DNA of 64,000 nt from Scyliorhinus canicula (GCF_902713615.1 NC_052150.1:146105993-146169992); one strand, 5' to 3'; shown: positions 25,143-37,489, counted from the first letter of the stretch. Made by a program: numbers and translations. Notes: generated by a model from the sequence alone, not told the origin.

Positions 25143-27599
25143 TTTGAAACAAACCTGTTCGACTTTAACCTGGTGTTGTCAGACTTCTTACTGTGCTCAC
25201 CCTAGTCCAACACTGGCATCTCCACATCTAAGACATCAAAACTAACATCCGGTCTAGTCTGTCTACCTAACCAATTCAGTTGCCCAATTAACTTTCGTAG
25301 TTGTTTTTTTACATTTTTGAAACTACACATTTTTGTGAAACCCAACCACAACTAATTACTATTGGGCTGATGCTCTCCAAATAAGATTACTGATGTACAG
25401 TTGCACCTAACTTAATCTGTCCGATTTCCAGTCTAATATATTTAAATGCACCGGAGGCCTAACTTTCAACCCAGAATTCTTTCCCCAACCTAGAGATTAC
25501 AATAGCTTTGAAATCACTCGTCCCACCCCACAAAAAAATCATCATGAGGATGCCCAAAATATTCCCTTTATAGTGGCAGTAATACATTGCCGGATCTGCT
25601 TTCAACTTGCAACAGCCTAACTTTAACAAAACTGATCTTTCCGAAAAATACCAGACTCGAGACGCATCATTTAATCCATATACACATTTGTTCAACTTCC
25701 AGAGTATCCCTTCTGTTTTAGCTGCCTCTTTCGGAGGACGGAGGAAAACGTCTCTCTGGAGCTGATGCCCCTGTAAAAAGGCAGGTTTTATATCTATAGA
25801 TTTGCATTCTCATGCCTTTGTGGCTAATAGAGCCAAGAAGATCTTTAAAATAACCTTTCCTGCCAAAGGTAAATCTACCCTTAATTCCTGATCTTCTAAG
25901 TTTTTCTTCAAATCCCCTTGCCACAAGCCTAGCCTTTACCTTAAGTTCCATCCTGAAGAACCTTTTCCGTGCAAATCTATCTTTGGGATAGAGCTCTTTG
26001 TTCCCTATCCGCTACTTTTGAGTGAACCCCAAATTAACTCCAACTATGCAGTTCTTGCTATTTGGCATCTTTGATAACATTTTTATCCAATTTATTGGAG
26101 GCCACGAAAATCTTACGTGCATGTGAGCTTCTACTCCGAGTAGCATTCGTAGCCTTACCCTTGACAAACTACATCCCCTATCCTGCCTGGTATCTCATTC
26201 TGTACTGCTATTTCTTGATCTTTCCCTCCTGCTGTGGGACATCCTTTCAATAGTTCTTGACCTTTTCCTGTGAACCTGTTCACTATCCTATTTACTATCT
26301 GAACAGGCACTGCCTTTCTGTGCCTCCCGTTTTGAACTTTGCGTTCCCAATCCATTATCTTGACACCCTTCCCTGTATGCTGTACATTCAACCAGTGTTT
26401 ATACTTTTTAGTGGCCTTCCATGCTCTAATAACAGTTGCATCCTGCCATTGACAAGACCCTTCAGGCAAGTACGTCACTTTTGAACTAATTTTTGGCAGT
26501 TGTCCTTTCGGAAAAATGACCTGCTCTAATTCATCCGAAGTATTGTGTTCCTCTACAGAAACCTGTCTTTATCAGTTTACTGGTTCTCATTGTTCTGTAA
26601 CACATGTCTATCAGGTGACCCTGGTTCCTCATCATGTACGTTTTCTCTGTCTAAATTTAAATGTTTGTAATCTGTACTCATTATCCTTGATGAATGTACC
26701 CTAATAGTCTGATTGTCATGTTGCAAAACAATTGATTTGCCATCTATGCCTATGATTTTCCCAGGACCTTTCCATTCATTAAATTTGTCTCTCTTATGGT
26801 ATAGTATGTCTCCTTGCTGAAAAACAGTATTTGATGGCCGTACATTATGCCTTAAAGCTCTGTGAATTCTTTCAGAGACATCTGCTTCCAAAAAAGCATT
26901 TCTACCTCTATGTTCTGCATTTAAATGCTCAGCAAAGGCAAAGCTAATTGTAGTCACACATTACACATAATGCAGGAGATGTGTGCCCATTTCCCAGGAA
27001 GCATCAATGACAGTTACATCTTTGGGTGCTCGCAGATCCGAGACATTTTTGAGTGAGAGCAGAGGCTGCGGGGATGGTGCCTCAGGGACAGGGGTATACG
27101 CTCAAGAGGTGGCTGATGTCGCCAGTGCAGAGGCCCAAATCATCTGCAGAGACTCACTGCAACAAGGCTCACGTGTCAACATGCGTGTTGGCCAAGCAAG
27201 CGAGTGGACTGCTGAAGATGCGGCTCCGGTACATGGACCAGTCAGGGGGTACCCTCCAGAACAGCCTCCAGAGGGTGTCTTGCATAATTGCGACCTGCTG
27301 AGCTCTCCACAACTTGACCCTGCAGAGGCAAAACCATCTGATCCAGGAGGAGATGGGAGCAGCACATCTCCTCCAATGAGGAGGCTGAGGAGGGCAGTAA
27401 GGGACAGCCCACGGAGGAGAAGGATAAAGGACATCGAGCCATGGCCAGTGCTTGCGTGGGCTGAAGAGCTCAGTTTGGCGATGACCAGGAGTAGGGAGTG
27501 AAGAGCTCTCCCACTGTGGAATGTGACATCTCATCCACGCTGTGGTTCCAGCAGTAAGTTCTCATGATGGTGCCCAAGCTCGAGGGCAGGCTGAAAAAG

Positions 27600-28620
27600 C
27601 CACTGGCCGGACTCTGTGAGAGAATGATGATGACTTGCATTGAGAACAGAGCGATACTCCTCTCATCCTCAGCCCTGTGTCTGGCTCCTGCCTAACAGAG
27701 AGCTGAACACGCTGCCAGTAAACGGGCTTATCATGGGGTTCAGAGACACTGGATGTGCTCTGCTGCAGCCCCCTCCGAGGTCAGGAGCCATGGTGGCTAA
27801 CACCCGAGTTGGGCTGTCCCTCTACACTGTCAGCCCATAGCCTCCTCATCACTGGAGATGAGTGGCAGAATTGAGAGGCCTGAGTGTTGATACCAGTGGG
27901 GAGTTGAGAGGGGTGTCCTATCAGCTGCAACTGAGTCATCAGTGTGGAAGGTGAGAGAGACATTGCGCTACCATTCTCACACTCCACAAGGATGAAGCAT
28001 CAAGTGTGCTTGGTGCCGTGAAATGGCAGGGTAGGCATCTGCTGATGAACAAAGTTATGTTTAATACAAGAGCTGTTTTACAATGGTAACTTATCTCTAC
28101 TAGTGCCCAGGTTCACCCATGATCACGAGGTGCCTGCAGTCTCTTACACTTCCTTACCCCCTTGCTATGTCTAGATGTATTCCTAGGATTTACAGCTGAG
28201 TTTGAGGCAACCTCCTGCCCTCCATGCCCTGTTGCCTGAGATGACCTTGGCGGGCGCTCCTGGAGGGCCAGGATCTTGAGGGTTTTGGGTAGGATGGGTG
28301 CTGCAGTGCTATCCTCCACAGTGCGCTGAGCTGAAGGGGCAAAGTGTCAATCACACAGAGGAGGGTGTCAGATGGGGCTGGAGGGTGGTGGGCCTTGGGT
28401 TGTGTGCCTGTCGATCCTCTTTGCTTCACATGGTTGGAGGCCCCTGAGCTCCTGCATGGGATATAGGGCAGCTGGAATGAGATCCAGAGGCCCCACTGTC
28501 CCCTGGTGCAGACCCTCATGGATTCTCACCAGTGTCTGCACCATGCAGCTGAAGCCCTGCACCATGGAGATCAAGCCCTCAGACATGGAGGCCATGAGGT
28601 GAGCCAGGAAACGATTGTTC
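27600..28620 (-). mobile_element. Probable remnant of the Harbinger second (accessory) ORF, convergent with the transposase
   Basis: Heptad-like MASMSEGLISMVQGFSCMVQTL and Ser/Pro/Arg-rich segments directly downstream of the transposase. The Myb domain itself is not seen. Confidence 0.4.
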
Positions 28621-28624
28621 AACA

Positions 28625-29070
28625 TTTTAGAATGTTATTAATCTCTTCCAGCATGACGATTGATGCATGCATTTGTTCAACTCTTCTGCCATTTCATGAT
28701 TCCCCATTATTATTTCTCCAGTCTCATTTTTTAAAGAGCCTATGTTCACTTTAAAGAAGTTCTTCCCATCAGTTTTTAAATTACTTGCTAATTTGCCCTC
28801 ATAGTTTATCTTCCCCCATCTTTATTATTTTTTGGTCATCTCTTGTTGGCTTTTAAATTTTTCCCAATTCTCTGACTTACCACTAATCCTTGCCATATTA
28901 TGGGCAGTATTCTCCGTTTGGGAGACATTCTCCCACCAGAGTTGAATTGCAAATGGTTTACGATCCCCTTGGGATCCTAGATGATCTTTTACTCTCAGAC
29001 TATTTATTAAACCTGCCTTATTACACATTGCCAAATCCAAATCTCCGACTAAAGATTACTCTCACCAGTG
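28625..29070 (-). mobile_element. CR1 endonuclease/linker fragments
   Basis: DLAMCNKAGLINSLRVKDHLGS.D; ARISGKSENWEKFKSQQ. Confidence 0.7.
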
Positions 29071-29074
29071 TCTT

Positions 29075-30495
29075 CTTCCCCTGTTATTTCTTACCTCCAC
29101 CCATTTAAATTCTATATCTTCTGATCAATGGTGTCAGGCTCTTTTACATTGTCTACTTGTGAAACCTTGGCTGATTGGTAACTCAAAAGTCTTGACTCAG
29201 CTCTACACTGTTTTATCAAATGTCCTTTTTCGTGACAGTGATGACACTCAGCCAGCTTAACCCTACACGATTCAGGAAGGTGGTTATCCCACTTCAGTAG
29301 CATTTAATCTTAAGAAATATTGTCTAATTGTCTCCGTTTTATCTTTTTGTTCTGTGGGTGACTGGAAATATTTCCTGCTTCAGTGGTTTTGGTCCCATGG
29401 CTGGCTGTAGGTTCCTGCCCAATCTGGTTTACAACACCATTTTGTCTGCTATGCAACTCCTGTAAATCTTTTTCTGCACTTTTCATGGCCAGTGCGATCT
29501 CCATTGCCCATTTGAAATCAATGTCAACTTCTGCTAGCAATCGGTGCAATATGGCACCATTGCTCACACCACAAACTAACTGATCATGCAGCATGCCATT
29601 TAGGGTCACTCCAAAATCACAATGCTTTTATAATTGCTTTGGTTTAGCAATGTAGGTGGCAATAGATTCGCCTGGGGCCCATTCTTGAATTAAATTTAAA
29701 TCTCTGAATTTTGACTGATGGTTTGGATTGAAACTTTTTTTAAATTTAAAGTATCCAATTCTTTTTTTTCAAATTAAGGGGCAATTTAACATGGCCAGTC
29801 CACTTAGCCTGCACATCTTTGGGTTGTGGTGGTGAGACCCACGCAAACATGGGAGAATGTGTAAACTCCACACGGACTGTGACCCGGGTCCTTAGCTCTG
29901 TGAGGCAACAGTGCTAACCACTGCATCACCAGACCACCCTGTTTGGATTGAAACTGATCCTTCACTAAATCTACAAGCTCACTGAATGACTTGGAGTCGG
30001 GTGAGATTTGGGCTGTGAGGCTGTGAATAATATTGTAGGTCTGACTTCCACAGATGCTCAGGAGAATTGCTTTTCACTTTGGCTCCTCCTTTATTTAATT
30101 TGTCTGGAAATAAAACCTGAGCGTTCAACATATTGGTTCCAGTACTCCATGGAGGTACCAAATGGGTCTATTCACCCAAAGAGTGGCCTCCTGCTGAATA
30201 TATTTGTATCCTTCAGTCTTTGTTTGAAACTCAATGCTCACATGTGTTAGGCTACAAACTGTGCCAGAATCATTAATCCTCATTGCCTGAAGTAAAGATG
30301 TACTCTCGGAGGCTTTTGAACTTTATTTACAAGGTTGCTTCTTTAGCTCAATGCTTCAAGCGAGTCCATAGTACACTTTTTCTAACCAATAAATCTCCAC
30401 CCCTTTGAGAGATTCCCCGCACTAGGTGTTGATTAATTGCTCAAACCTTACGACCCTTACTGATTAAGGTTGGTCTGAAAGTGATATTCACCACA
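29075..30495 (-). mobile_element. Ty3/Gypsy 5' part: LTR (~30288-30495), PBS-like site and gag with zinc knuckle
   Basis: MLHDQLVCGV..HRLLAE; CHHCHEKGHLIKQC; GGCAATGAGG PBS-like sequence next to an LTR starting TGTGGTGAATAT. Confidence 0.82.
29736..29940 (-). mobile_element. Short poly(A)-tailed V-SINE
   Basis: 15-bp TSD GTTTGGATTGAAACT (29721-29735 / 29941-29955). Confidence 0.9.
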
Positions 30496-31078
30496 ATCCA
30501 TATCAGTTTTCTGCTCATACAGGACCTTCACTCCACTCTTTCGTTGTTGCTTCAACAGCAATAATTTTCAGTTTGCTCTGGTCCGCACTCATTTTATTTG
30601 TTGCATTCCAAAGAGTCATGGTGAGATCTAACTGCAATCTCTTGTCTTTCATCTTGTGCCTTTTCTACAGTATGATTACAACTCATTTTTTTCAAGTACA
30701 GTAGAATAGGGACAGCTAGTTAACAAGGCTGGTTTAAAATTACATACTGTTTTGGCTGCTGTCTGCTTCTTTAGTGCTTTCAAATAAAATCAGAACCCTG
30801 CTGTCAGAAAACTAGTGGGGAACTCAGAAGTAGAAGCAGTGCATCTGTTAGTAACTTTTTAACTCAACCACCTCATTATCATTTTACTTGCTGGTTTCCT
30901 GTCCAATCACTGGCAGTAGGTTGACGTGGGCCTGCACGACATGATCGTAACTTCAATATTTGAAAAGAAAAGCCAAGCATGCAAGTTGAAGGAGTTAATG
31001 TTGGCTGCCAGAGAACTGAAAGTGTTTCAGAAAAAGTCACATCTATCTGATTCATAGACATCTCCCTGGATGTGTTTT

Positions 31079-31388
31079 AATAATAATAATCCTTATTGTC
31101 ACAAGTAAATTTGCATTAAAACTGCCATGAAGTTACTGTGAAAAGCCCCGAGTCGCGACAATCCAGCGCCTGTTCGGTTACATAGAGGGAGAATTCAGAA
31201 TGTCCAATTCACCTAATAGCACATCTTTCTGGACTTGTGGGAATAAACTGGAGCACCTGGAAGAAATCCACACAGACACAGGGAGAACGTGCAGACTCCA
31301 CACAGATAGTGACCCAAGCCAGGAATCGAACCTGGGACCCTGGAGCTGTGAAACAACAGTGCTAACCACTGTGCTACCGTGCCGCCCA
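31079..31388 (-). mobile_element. V-SINE with (TTA)n tail
   Basis: tRNA head, V-domain, tail GGGCTTTTCACAGTAACTTCAT..TTGTGACAATAAGGATTATTATTA. Confidence 0.9.
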
Positions 31389-31689
31389 TGGGGCTGTGAG
31401 GAGTGAGGGAGCAGTATCCTTTCTCATCAGAAGAGGAAACACTCTACAGCTGAGATAAAGAAGGCTGCTTGGAGATTGGGGAGGAGATTGCCAGCAGGAA
31501 TGGGGTACCAAATCCTTGGATTCATGGCAGTATATAATCTCATGACCTAAGTAGGTGAATACAGTGGCACCTTTGTGATATCCTGCTGTTGCAATACCCA
31601 GAATTCTATTCTGCTTTCCCAACGCTACTCAAACATATCACTCAGATGAATATAAGAAATAGGAGCAGAAGTAGATCATATGGCCCTTG

Positions 31690-32995
31690 GTTGGAGTTAT
31701 ACTTGACACAAAGAAAGATGGTTATTGCTGTTGGGAGGTAAATCATTTGAGTCCCAGGACATCACTGCAGGAGTTTTACAGGGTAGTGTCCTATGCTCAA
31801 GCATCCTCAGCTTCTTCATCAATGACCTTCCCTCCATCATAAGGTCAGAGGTTGTGATGTTCACTGATGGTATCACAAGGTTCGGCAACTTTTGCGTCTC
31901 CTCAGACACTGAAGCAGTCCGTGTTCATATGCGAGAAGATCTGGACAATATGCAGTCTGCGGCTGACATGCGGCAAGTAACATTTGTGCCATACAAATTC
32001 CAAGCAACTACCATTCTCAAAAGAGAATCTAACCATTTCCCCGTCACATTAAATTACATTACCATAGCTGAATCCCCAAGTGTCAATATGCTGGGGGTTT
32101 TCATTGACCAAAAACTGAACTGGATCAGCCATATAAATACTGTGCGTAGAAGAGCAGGCCAGAGGCTAGGAATCCTGTGGCCTGTAACGATATCATGGTT
32201 GTGTTGTAATTCACTGACTTACCACTAGGTGTTTCATTAGTATATCAGTGAATATTAGAGTCAGGTGAGCTCAGACTGACTAGGGAACTGGGAGAGAGAT
32301 AGTGGTTTGTGCATGTTCATACTGTTATTCATCTGTTGTTTTGTATATATTTGACCCTGCGTTAATGTTAATAAATCATTTATAGCTTTAGCTACAGATG
32401 TTCTTGTAACATAAATCAGGCCATCCAACAAGAACATTACATGGCCAGTAACTCATCTCTTGACTCCCCAAAGTCTATCCCCCATCTCCAAGGGGCAAAT
32501 GGTGGAATGAACACACTTCAATTGCAAGCATAAATGCAGTTCCAAACACACTCATGAAGCTCAACACCATCCAGGGCAAAGCATCTCGACTGATTGACAT
32601 CCCATCCTGCACCTTAAACATTCACTCCCTCCATCACTGTTGCACAGTGGTAGCAGTGTGTATCATCTTTACTCCAGGAACTCACCTGCAACAGTATCTT
32701 CCAAACCCGTGACCTCTGTCACCTAGAAGGACAAGAGCAGTAGACATATGGGAGCACTGCTCCCCCAAAGGCATGCAGCATCCTGACTTGGATCTACATC
32801 ACTGTTCCTTCATTGTCACTGGGCCAAAATCCTGGAACTCACTTCCTAACAGCACTGAGGGTGTAGCTACACCACACAACTGCAGTGGTTCAAGAAGACA
32901 GCTCATCGCCACCTACTCAAGGGCAATTAGGGATAAGTAATTAATGCTTGCCTAGCCAGCGAAACCCACATCCAGTGAACGAATAAATAAGAAAA
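31690..32995 (+). mobile_element. CR1/L2-group LINE (family B) 3' part, split by a solo LTR
   Basis: ITAGVLQGSVL..FINDLP..MFTD (ORF 31725..32228); family 3' end at 32880-32990. Confidence 0.88.
32183..32441 (+). mobile_element. Solo LTR
   Basis: TGTAA...TTACA termini; perfect 5-bp TSD TGGCC; AATAAA inside. Confidence 0.92.
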
Positions 32996-33106
32996 CCTCA
33001 ACCAGACTGTGCTCCCAAGCCCAAAACAAAACTTGTACGCTTGGTGCATGGTGCATCAGTGTGCTTGTGCTGGTGTTTCTTCTTCCTCTTACTATTATGT
33101 ACTCTT

Positions 33107-34083
33107 CGGCGATCACTCGCTAAAAAGTATAATTGTCCACACAAGGAACTCTCTTTTACTGGTCATGGGTTCTCTAGGTTGTTGCATGGGTGATGAACTC
33201 AATCCTAGAGCCACATCTTCGACAGCACACTTGGCAGATGTTTTCGGGGGGAGGAATCGGTCCTTGGACTCGAGATCACTGGTATTCATTTCTCAGGCTC
33301 CTTTTCCAGGCATCCTCTTGTCTAAAGGTGTCCTCAAAGAATTGTGTCCATTCAACCAGGAGGTTCCTCCAAGTAGATCGCTTCTGAACAACGGTCTCCT
33401 AGGCGTCCATATCAATGTTGGATTTCTTGAGTTAAACCTTAGGGTGACTTTGAGGCGCTTCTTTTACCTTCCTCTTGTTCTGAAGCCTTCTTTGAGCTGG
33501 GCAAAGAAGATTTTCTTTGGCAGTCAGGACTCTGACATCCTAAGCACATGGTTGGCACAGCAGAATTGCTTTCGGATGATCACACAATCATGGCCTCAAT
33601 ACTGGTGCTCTTGGCTCCTTCAAGGATGTTAACACACCTGTCCTCCCAGCTAATGCGGAGAACCAATCTCAGACAGCATTCCAAGGTTTTTAGGTGGTGT
33701 CTGTACGTGGACCAACTTTCTGAGCCATATAGAAGAGTTGGGAGGATGACCATCTTGTACATGAGGATTTCTTGTCAACATTGATGTTGTGGTCATCCTT
33801 AGGCATTCATAGGAGGAGCTTTTTGATTGGATACAATGTTGGATCTCTGCATCAATGTCAGTCTTCAAGGAGAGGTGGCTCCCCTGGTATTGGAAATGTT
33901 CCACGTTAGGAAGGGTTTCTACATTGACCTTGATGGAGCGAGAGACCAGATCTTGCGCTGGGGCAGGTTGACAAAGGATTTGAGTCTAATTGATGTTGAG
34001 GCTGAGACCAATTCTTTGGTATGCCTTCGCGAAAGTGTCAAGCATCGCTTGGAGATTCTCTTATGAGAGAGTGGAGAGAGTTC
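33107..34083 (-). mobile_element. 5'-truncated RTE-clade LINE
   Basis: YKMVILPTLLYGSESW..CLRLVLRISWEDR; FQYQGSHLS..IDAEIQH; 13-bp TSD ATTATGTACTCTT (33094-33106 / 34084-34096). Confidence 0.9.
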
Positions 34084-34156
34084 ATTATGTACTCTTAAAT
34101 ATCTGTCACTCGGGATGGAAGTGGCTTAGTGTTTACTTGTATTATGCCACACAAAT

Positions 34157-35760
34157 GTGGCGAGATTCTCCCCCGATGGGATTGGGGCGGTGTCCAGGCA
34201 TGGATCGCTATTGCCATGGCCTGCAAGACAGCCATCTTGCTGCGCATCCCACTAACTACCCATCATGGCCTTGGTTCTGCAGAGTCACACTGGCCATGTG
34301 GGTACCCCACCCCACCACCCCCGTGCGCCACTCTCTGCCATACACACCAACCGGCCACAACCCACTGATTGGACATCAAGCAGCCTACCCAAGGGCAGTG
34401 GCCACAATAGCCCCCTACAGGGGGGGCAACGGATAGGAGCCACAGAGCATACCACTGACATGAGCAGCACCAGCCGACGGTACCCCTGGCCCCACCGATG
34501 GGGCCAGAGGTTCGGGGATGGGGTGGATGGAACCTATCGGGGCAGAGTCCGCAGTGGCAACTGCGGCCACCGTGTAGCCCATTGGACCTGGTTGGGGAAT
34601 GGGGAGTATGCACCTTGCTAACATGTCGACCTTTCACCCCCTGGATGAATGGATATTGGAATTCAACCAGCAATGGTGGCATTCCTGCTATTCGCCGCAG
34701 CTCTGGGGATGCCCTGCGGCTGTACAAGCTGGAGCAGCTCGAGGATGAGGAAGCTGCAGCAGCAGAGCATGCAGCAGCGGAACAGGAGGCAGCCACCCAG
34801 GATGGAGAGCCAACTGCCCAACTGGCCAAGGAAGAGGAGGTGCAAAGGAGGCGCGAATGAGGCCTCGGTTGTACCGGAAGCACATGTCATTCAAGTTCCT
34901 GCTAGACAGGGCATGCCGTCGATGACACCGGATGAGTAGGGGGCAGTCTGACATATATGCCAGGTGATGGTACAGCTAGCATGGGGGGAATGGGGGAAGA
35001 CACCCGCTTCCAGTGGCCATCAAGGTGATGGTTGCCCTGAACTTGCACGCAATGGGATTCTTCCAGGCGCCGAGTGGGAACTGTCCGGATTCTCACAGAG
35101 CTTGGTGCACAAGTGCATGCATCCTATATGCAGTCAGCACAACACATGCATTTCAATATGGACTGAGCCTACCAGGATGCCTGGGCAGTAGGATTCATCA
35201 CTGAGATGCCCCAGGTCCAAGGGGTGATCGACCAGATACATGTCGCCCTACGGGCACCTGCTGATAATAGGCCGTTCTACACAAACCAAAAGGGGTCCCA
35301 CCCGATGATCATGCAGCTGGTGTGTGACAATCAGATGTGCATCATCCAGATCTGTGCCCAACATCCGGGCAGTATGCACAACGCTTTCATCGTGGCACAT
35401 TTGACAACTCCCGGCTCTTTGAAGCACACCCCCGGCTGGGGGGTTGGCTCCTGGGCGACACGGGTCATCTGCTGCTGCCTATCTGGTGCGGAGACAACGA
35501 TGCCCATGCAACGACAAGGGGCGTGATTGAGCGACCCTTTAACATCCTGAAGTTGCAGTCCAGGTGCCTGGACCAGCTGGAGGAGCCCTCCAGTATGGCA
35601 CTAGGAGGGTCCCCCGCATTGTGGTAGCCTGCTGCATCCTCCACAACATCACTCAGCAGAGGGCAGATGTGCTGGAGGAGGGGGATGAACATGAGACTTC
35701 GTCCGATGTGGAGAATGCGGGGGAATGGGAGGGTGGGCAGGAGATGGAGCCTGAGAGCTG
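34157..35760 (+). mobile_element. PIF/Harbinger element: left TIR and transposase remnant
   Basis: Begins AT|GTGGCGAGATTCTCC (MITE-type TIR); PQVQGVIDQIHVALRAP..NQKG.H..QLVCD..HPGSMHNAFI; WLLGD; TRGVIERPFNILK; ACCILHN. Confidence 0.9.
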
Positions 35761-35849
35761 GACACGACCCATCCCGGATCCTGATGAGAAAGTCCATGGT
35801 TATTGCTGGGCATATGGTCAGTGTGGCTGCAGAGAGCAGTGTTCACAGA

Positions 35850-36800
35850 ATGGCCTATCTGCCCACCATGCCTATCTGCCCACCAGGTTCCTCACCTTCG
35901 ATGTGGATGAACCCGGGGATGATTGCTACACTGTAGTGCTGGCACAGCTACTTATGGGCCATCGACTCTGGACTCATCTCAGCCTCATGCTACCTGATAT
36001 CGGCGGGAAGATCCACTGCAGGCAGGAATGAGTAGAACGGGGCCGAGTCGATATATGCCGCCTCGGCATTTCGCACTAGGGAACATGATCCAAGTACAAA
36101 ACTTTGGCGATGAGGATCCCAGGCACCATTGTCTGACAGACAGGGCCAGTATTGTGCAGTGTTGGCGTACAAGACCGGGAGTCCAACAGGCAGCTGAACC
36201 ATCTCTGCAGTCAAATATTTGTCATTAGAGAGCCCAGCACAACCCTTGGGGACACCACTGCCATCACTCACGCTGAAATCCAATGAGGGTTTTGATACCG
36301 AGATGCCCGATGTTGGTGACTCGGATTCCAAGATGGTGATACCGCCAGCGGATGATGCCGGGTACGGTGGTCCATGTGAGCAGCCACCGGAGGTGGTGCC
36401 ACTGAGGGGTTTCACCAAAAGCGTTGGTCCTCTGACCATTACATGCCGACTGATGCCCAAATGACAGCCTCGACCTAAGAAGTACAGAGGTACTCCGCCC
36501 ACACTTTTTCGGTGGGCGTACGTCCGGAGTTAGAGGGGGGAGGAGTGTTAGAATATGAGAGCCATGGGACCGGACTGATTAGGTTCCCTGTGACTCTCGA
36601 GGACTTGAGGTAACTTGCTGAGAGGTTGAGCTCCCTCATTAGTGGGGATGAAGCCTGGAAATAAAAACCTTTGTCCAGCTGTGTGCTGGTCAAGGAAGTA
36701 CCTTTGGGGAGTGCTGGTGTATTGAGTTTTCATTCAACGTTTAAATAAATCTTGGTACCCTTTACAATCCCGTGTGGTTGCTTCCTTGGATCCAGCAACT
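35850..36800 (+). mobile_element. Ty3/Gypsy 3' end: integrase C-terminus, PPT and LTR (36546-~36800)
   Basis: AQLLMGHRLWTHLSLMLPD; VQNFG; PPT AGAGGGGGGAGGAG then TGTTAG; AATAAA in the LTR. Confidence 0.8.
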
Positions 36801-37422
36801 CTGCTATAGATGCATCCAAACTGTGCAGGTTTCTTGGCACACTCTCAGGAAACTACATGAACTGCTGATGATGGGCCTGGTAGTGAGTTCTATAATTCGT
36901 CATCAGCCCTCCTACAGAGAGATCCAATAAAATGATTCTCAGAAACTTTTGGAGCGGCGGGGACTGCCAGAAAAAATGTTTTCGCAACTTCAACTTGCTG
37001 CTGGAATGGTTCCAGCTCAGCAGCAGCACGATCACAAAATTGATTTGTTTCCAAGTTGACAAAAAGGTGGGAGCATAATGATGATTTTGATAACCCAGCG
37101 TGATTCCCAGACTAAGAAGTTAACATGAACCTACTTAGAATGTGGTGAGTGGATAATTTTCTCTGAGTAGTACGGACATTTTTGTCTCCCTTTTGGAATT
37201 GTATCTGGGTCTCAGGATGCAGTGAATTCAGTGGCTTTTTCGTAAATTGAACCACAAAGATGCTTGAGCAGACACTGTTAACCACAGCACTCCCCACAAG
37301 GAATATTTAGTTGGGACAATTGTACTTGGAGAGCTCTGGGGAGAGTCACATTTCATACGATAGTGATTGATTAGAACTGTGCTGCATAATGGAAAGTTTA
37401 AACAACCTATCTCTCCTGTTAT

Positions 37423-37485
37423 TGTAATAACCCTTATGCGACCCACGGGGACACCTCAATTGATCTCCCCGTGATTGCATGGATT
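37423..37485 (+). mobile_element. LTR 5' fragment (same family as 50429-50667)
   Basis: TGTAATAACC..CCCACGGGGA..AATTGATCTCCCC matches the LTR start at 50429. Confidence 0.7.
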
Positions 37486-37489
37486 TTGT

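Larger units (their letters stand above)
23461..25226. mobile_element. Penelope-like element with inverted arms (minus arm 23461-~24520, plus arm ~24521-25226)
   Basis: GIY-YIG NVVYLIRCRKGCPKAWCIGETMQALRQRMNGH on both arms; RT thumb IPYGHALRIHRICS; 13-bp TSD TCTAAGACATCAA (23448-23460 / 25227-25239). Confidence 0.92.
22408..26957 (-). mobile_element. Ty1/Copia LTR retrotransposon remnant (integrase C-terminus, RT, RNase H, PPT, 3' LTR)
   Basis: Domain order IN-RT-RH. RT KARLVARGFEE and KCVYGLNDASRVWY; RH DASYANL..GGFII, CHIDNESL..KRLRIDIASLK, QLSD; PPT AAGAAAGGGG next to the LTR. Confidence 0.88.
21750..27530 (+). mobile_element. PIF/Harbinger transposase remnant split by a Copia insertion (22408-~26957)
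   Basis: Left: MALKVTATLNFYAGSSF..IGDLCGMS..FACLAGMPQVQ..DCIHMAL..VNLQGNHSLNTQL. Right: CAHFPGSINDSYI..D.GYTLKRWLMSP..HCNKAHVST..GLLKMR..SGGTLQ..ALHN. Confidence 0.88.

Noticed and set aside
34649-35760. Possible domesticated host HARBI1 gene
   Set aside because: Multiple frameshifts, an upstream TIR and several diverged copies indicate a decayed transposon.
37112-37297. Possible host exon on the minus strand (61-aa ORF with AG and GTAGGT-like borders)
   Set aside because: Weak polypyrimidine tract, no recognisable protein similarity and no partner exons; RNA-seq would be needed.
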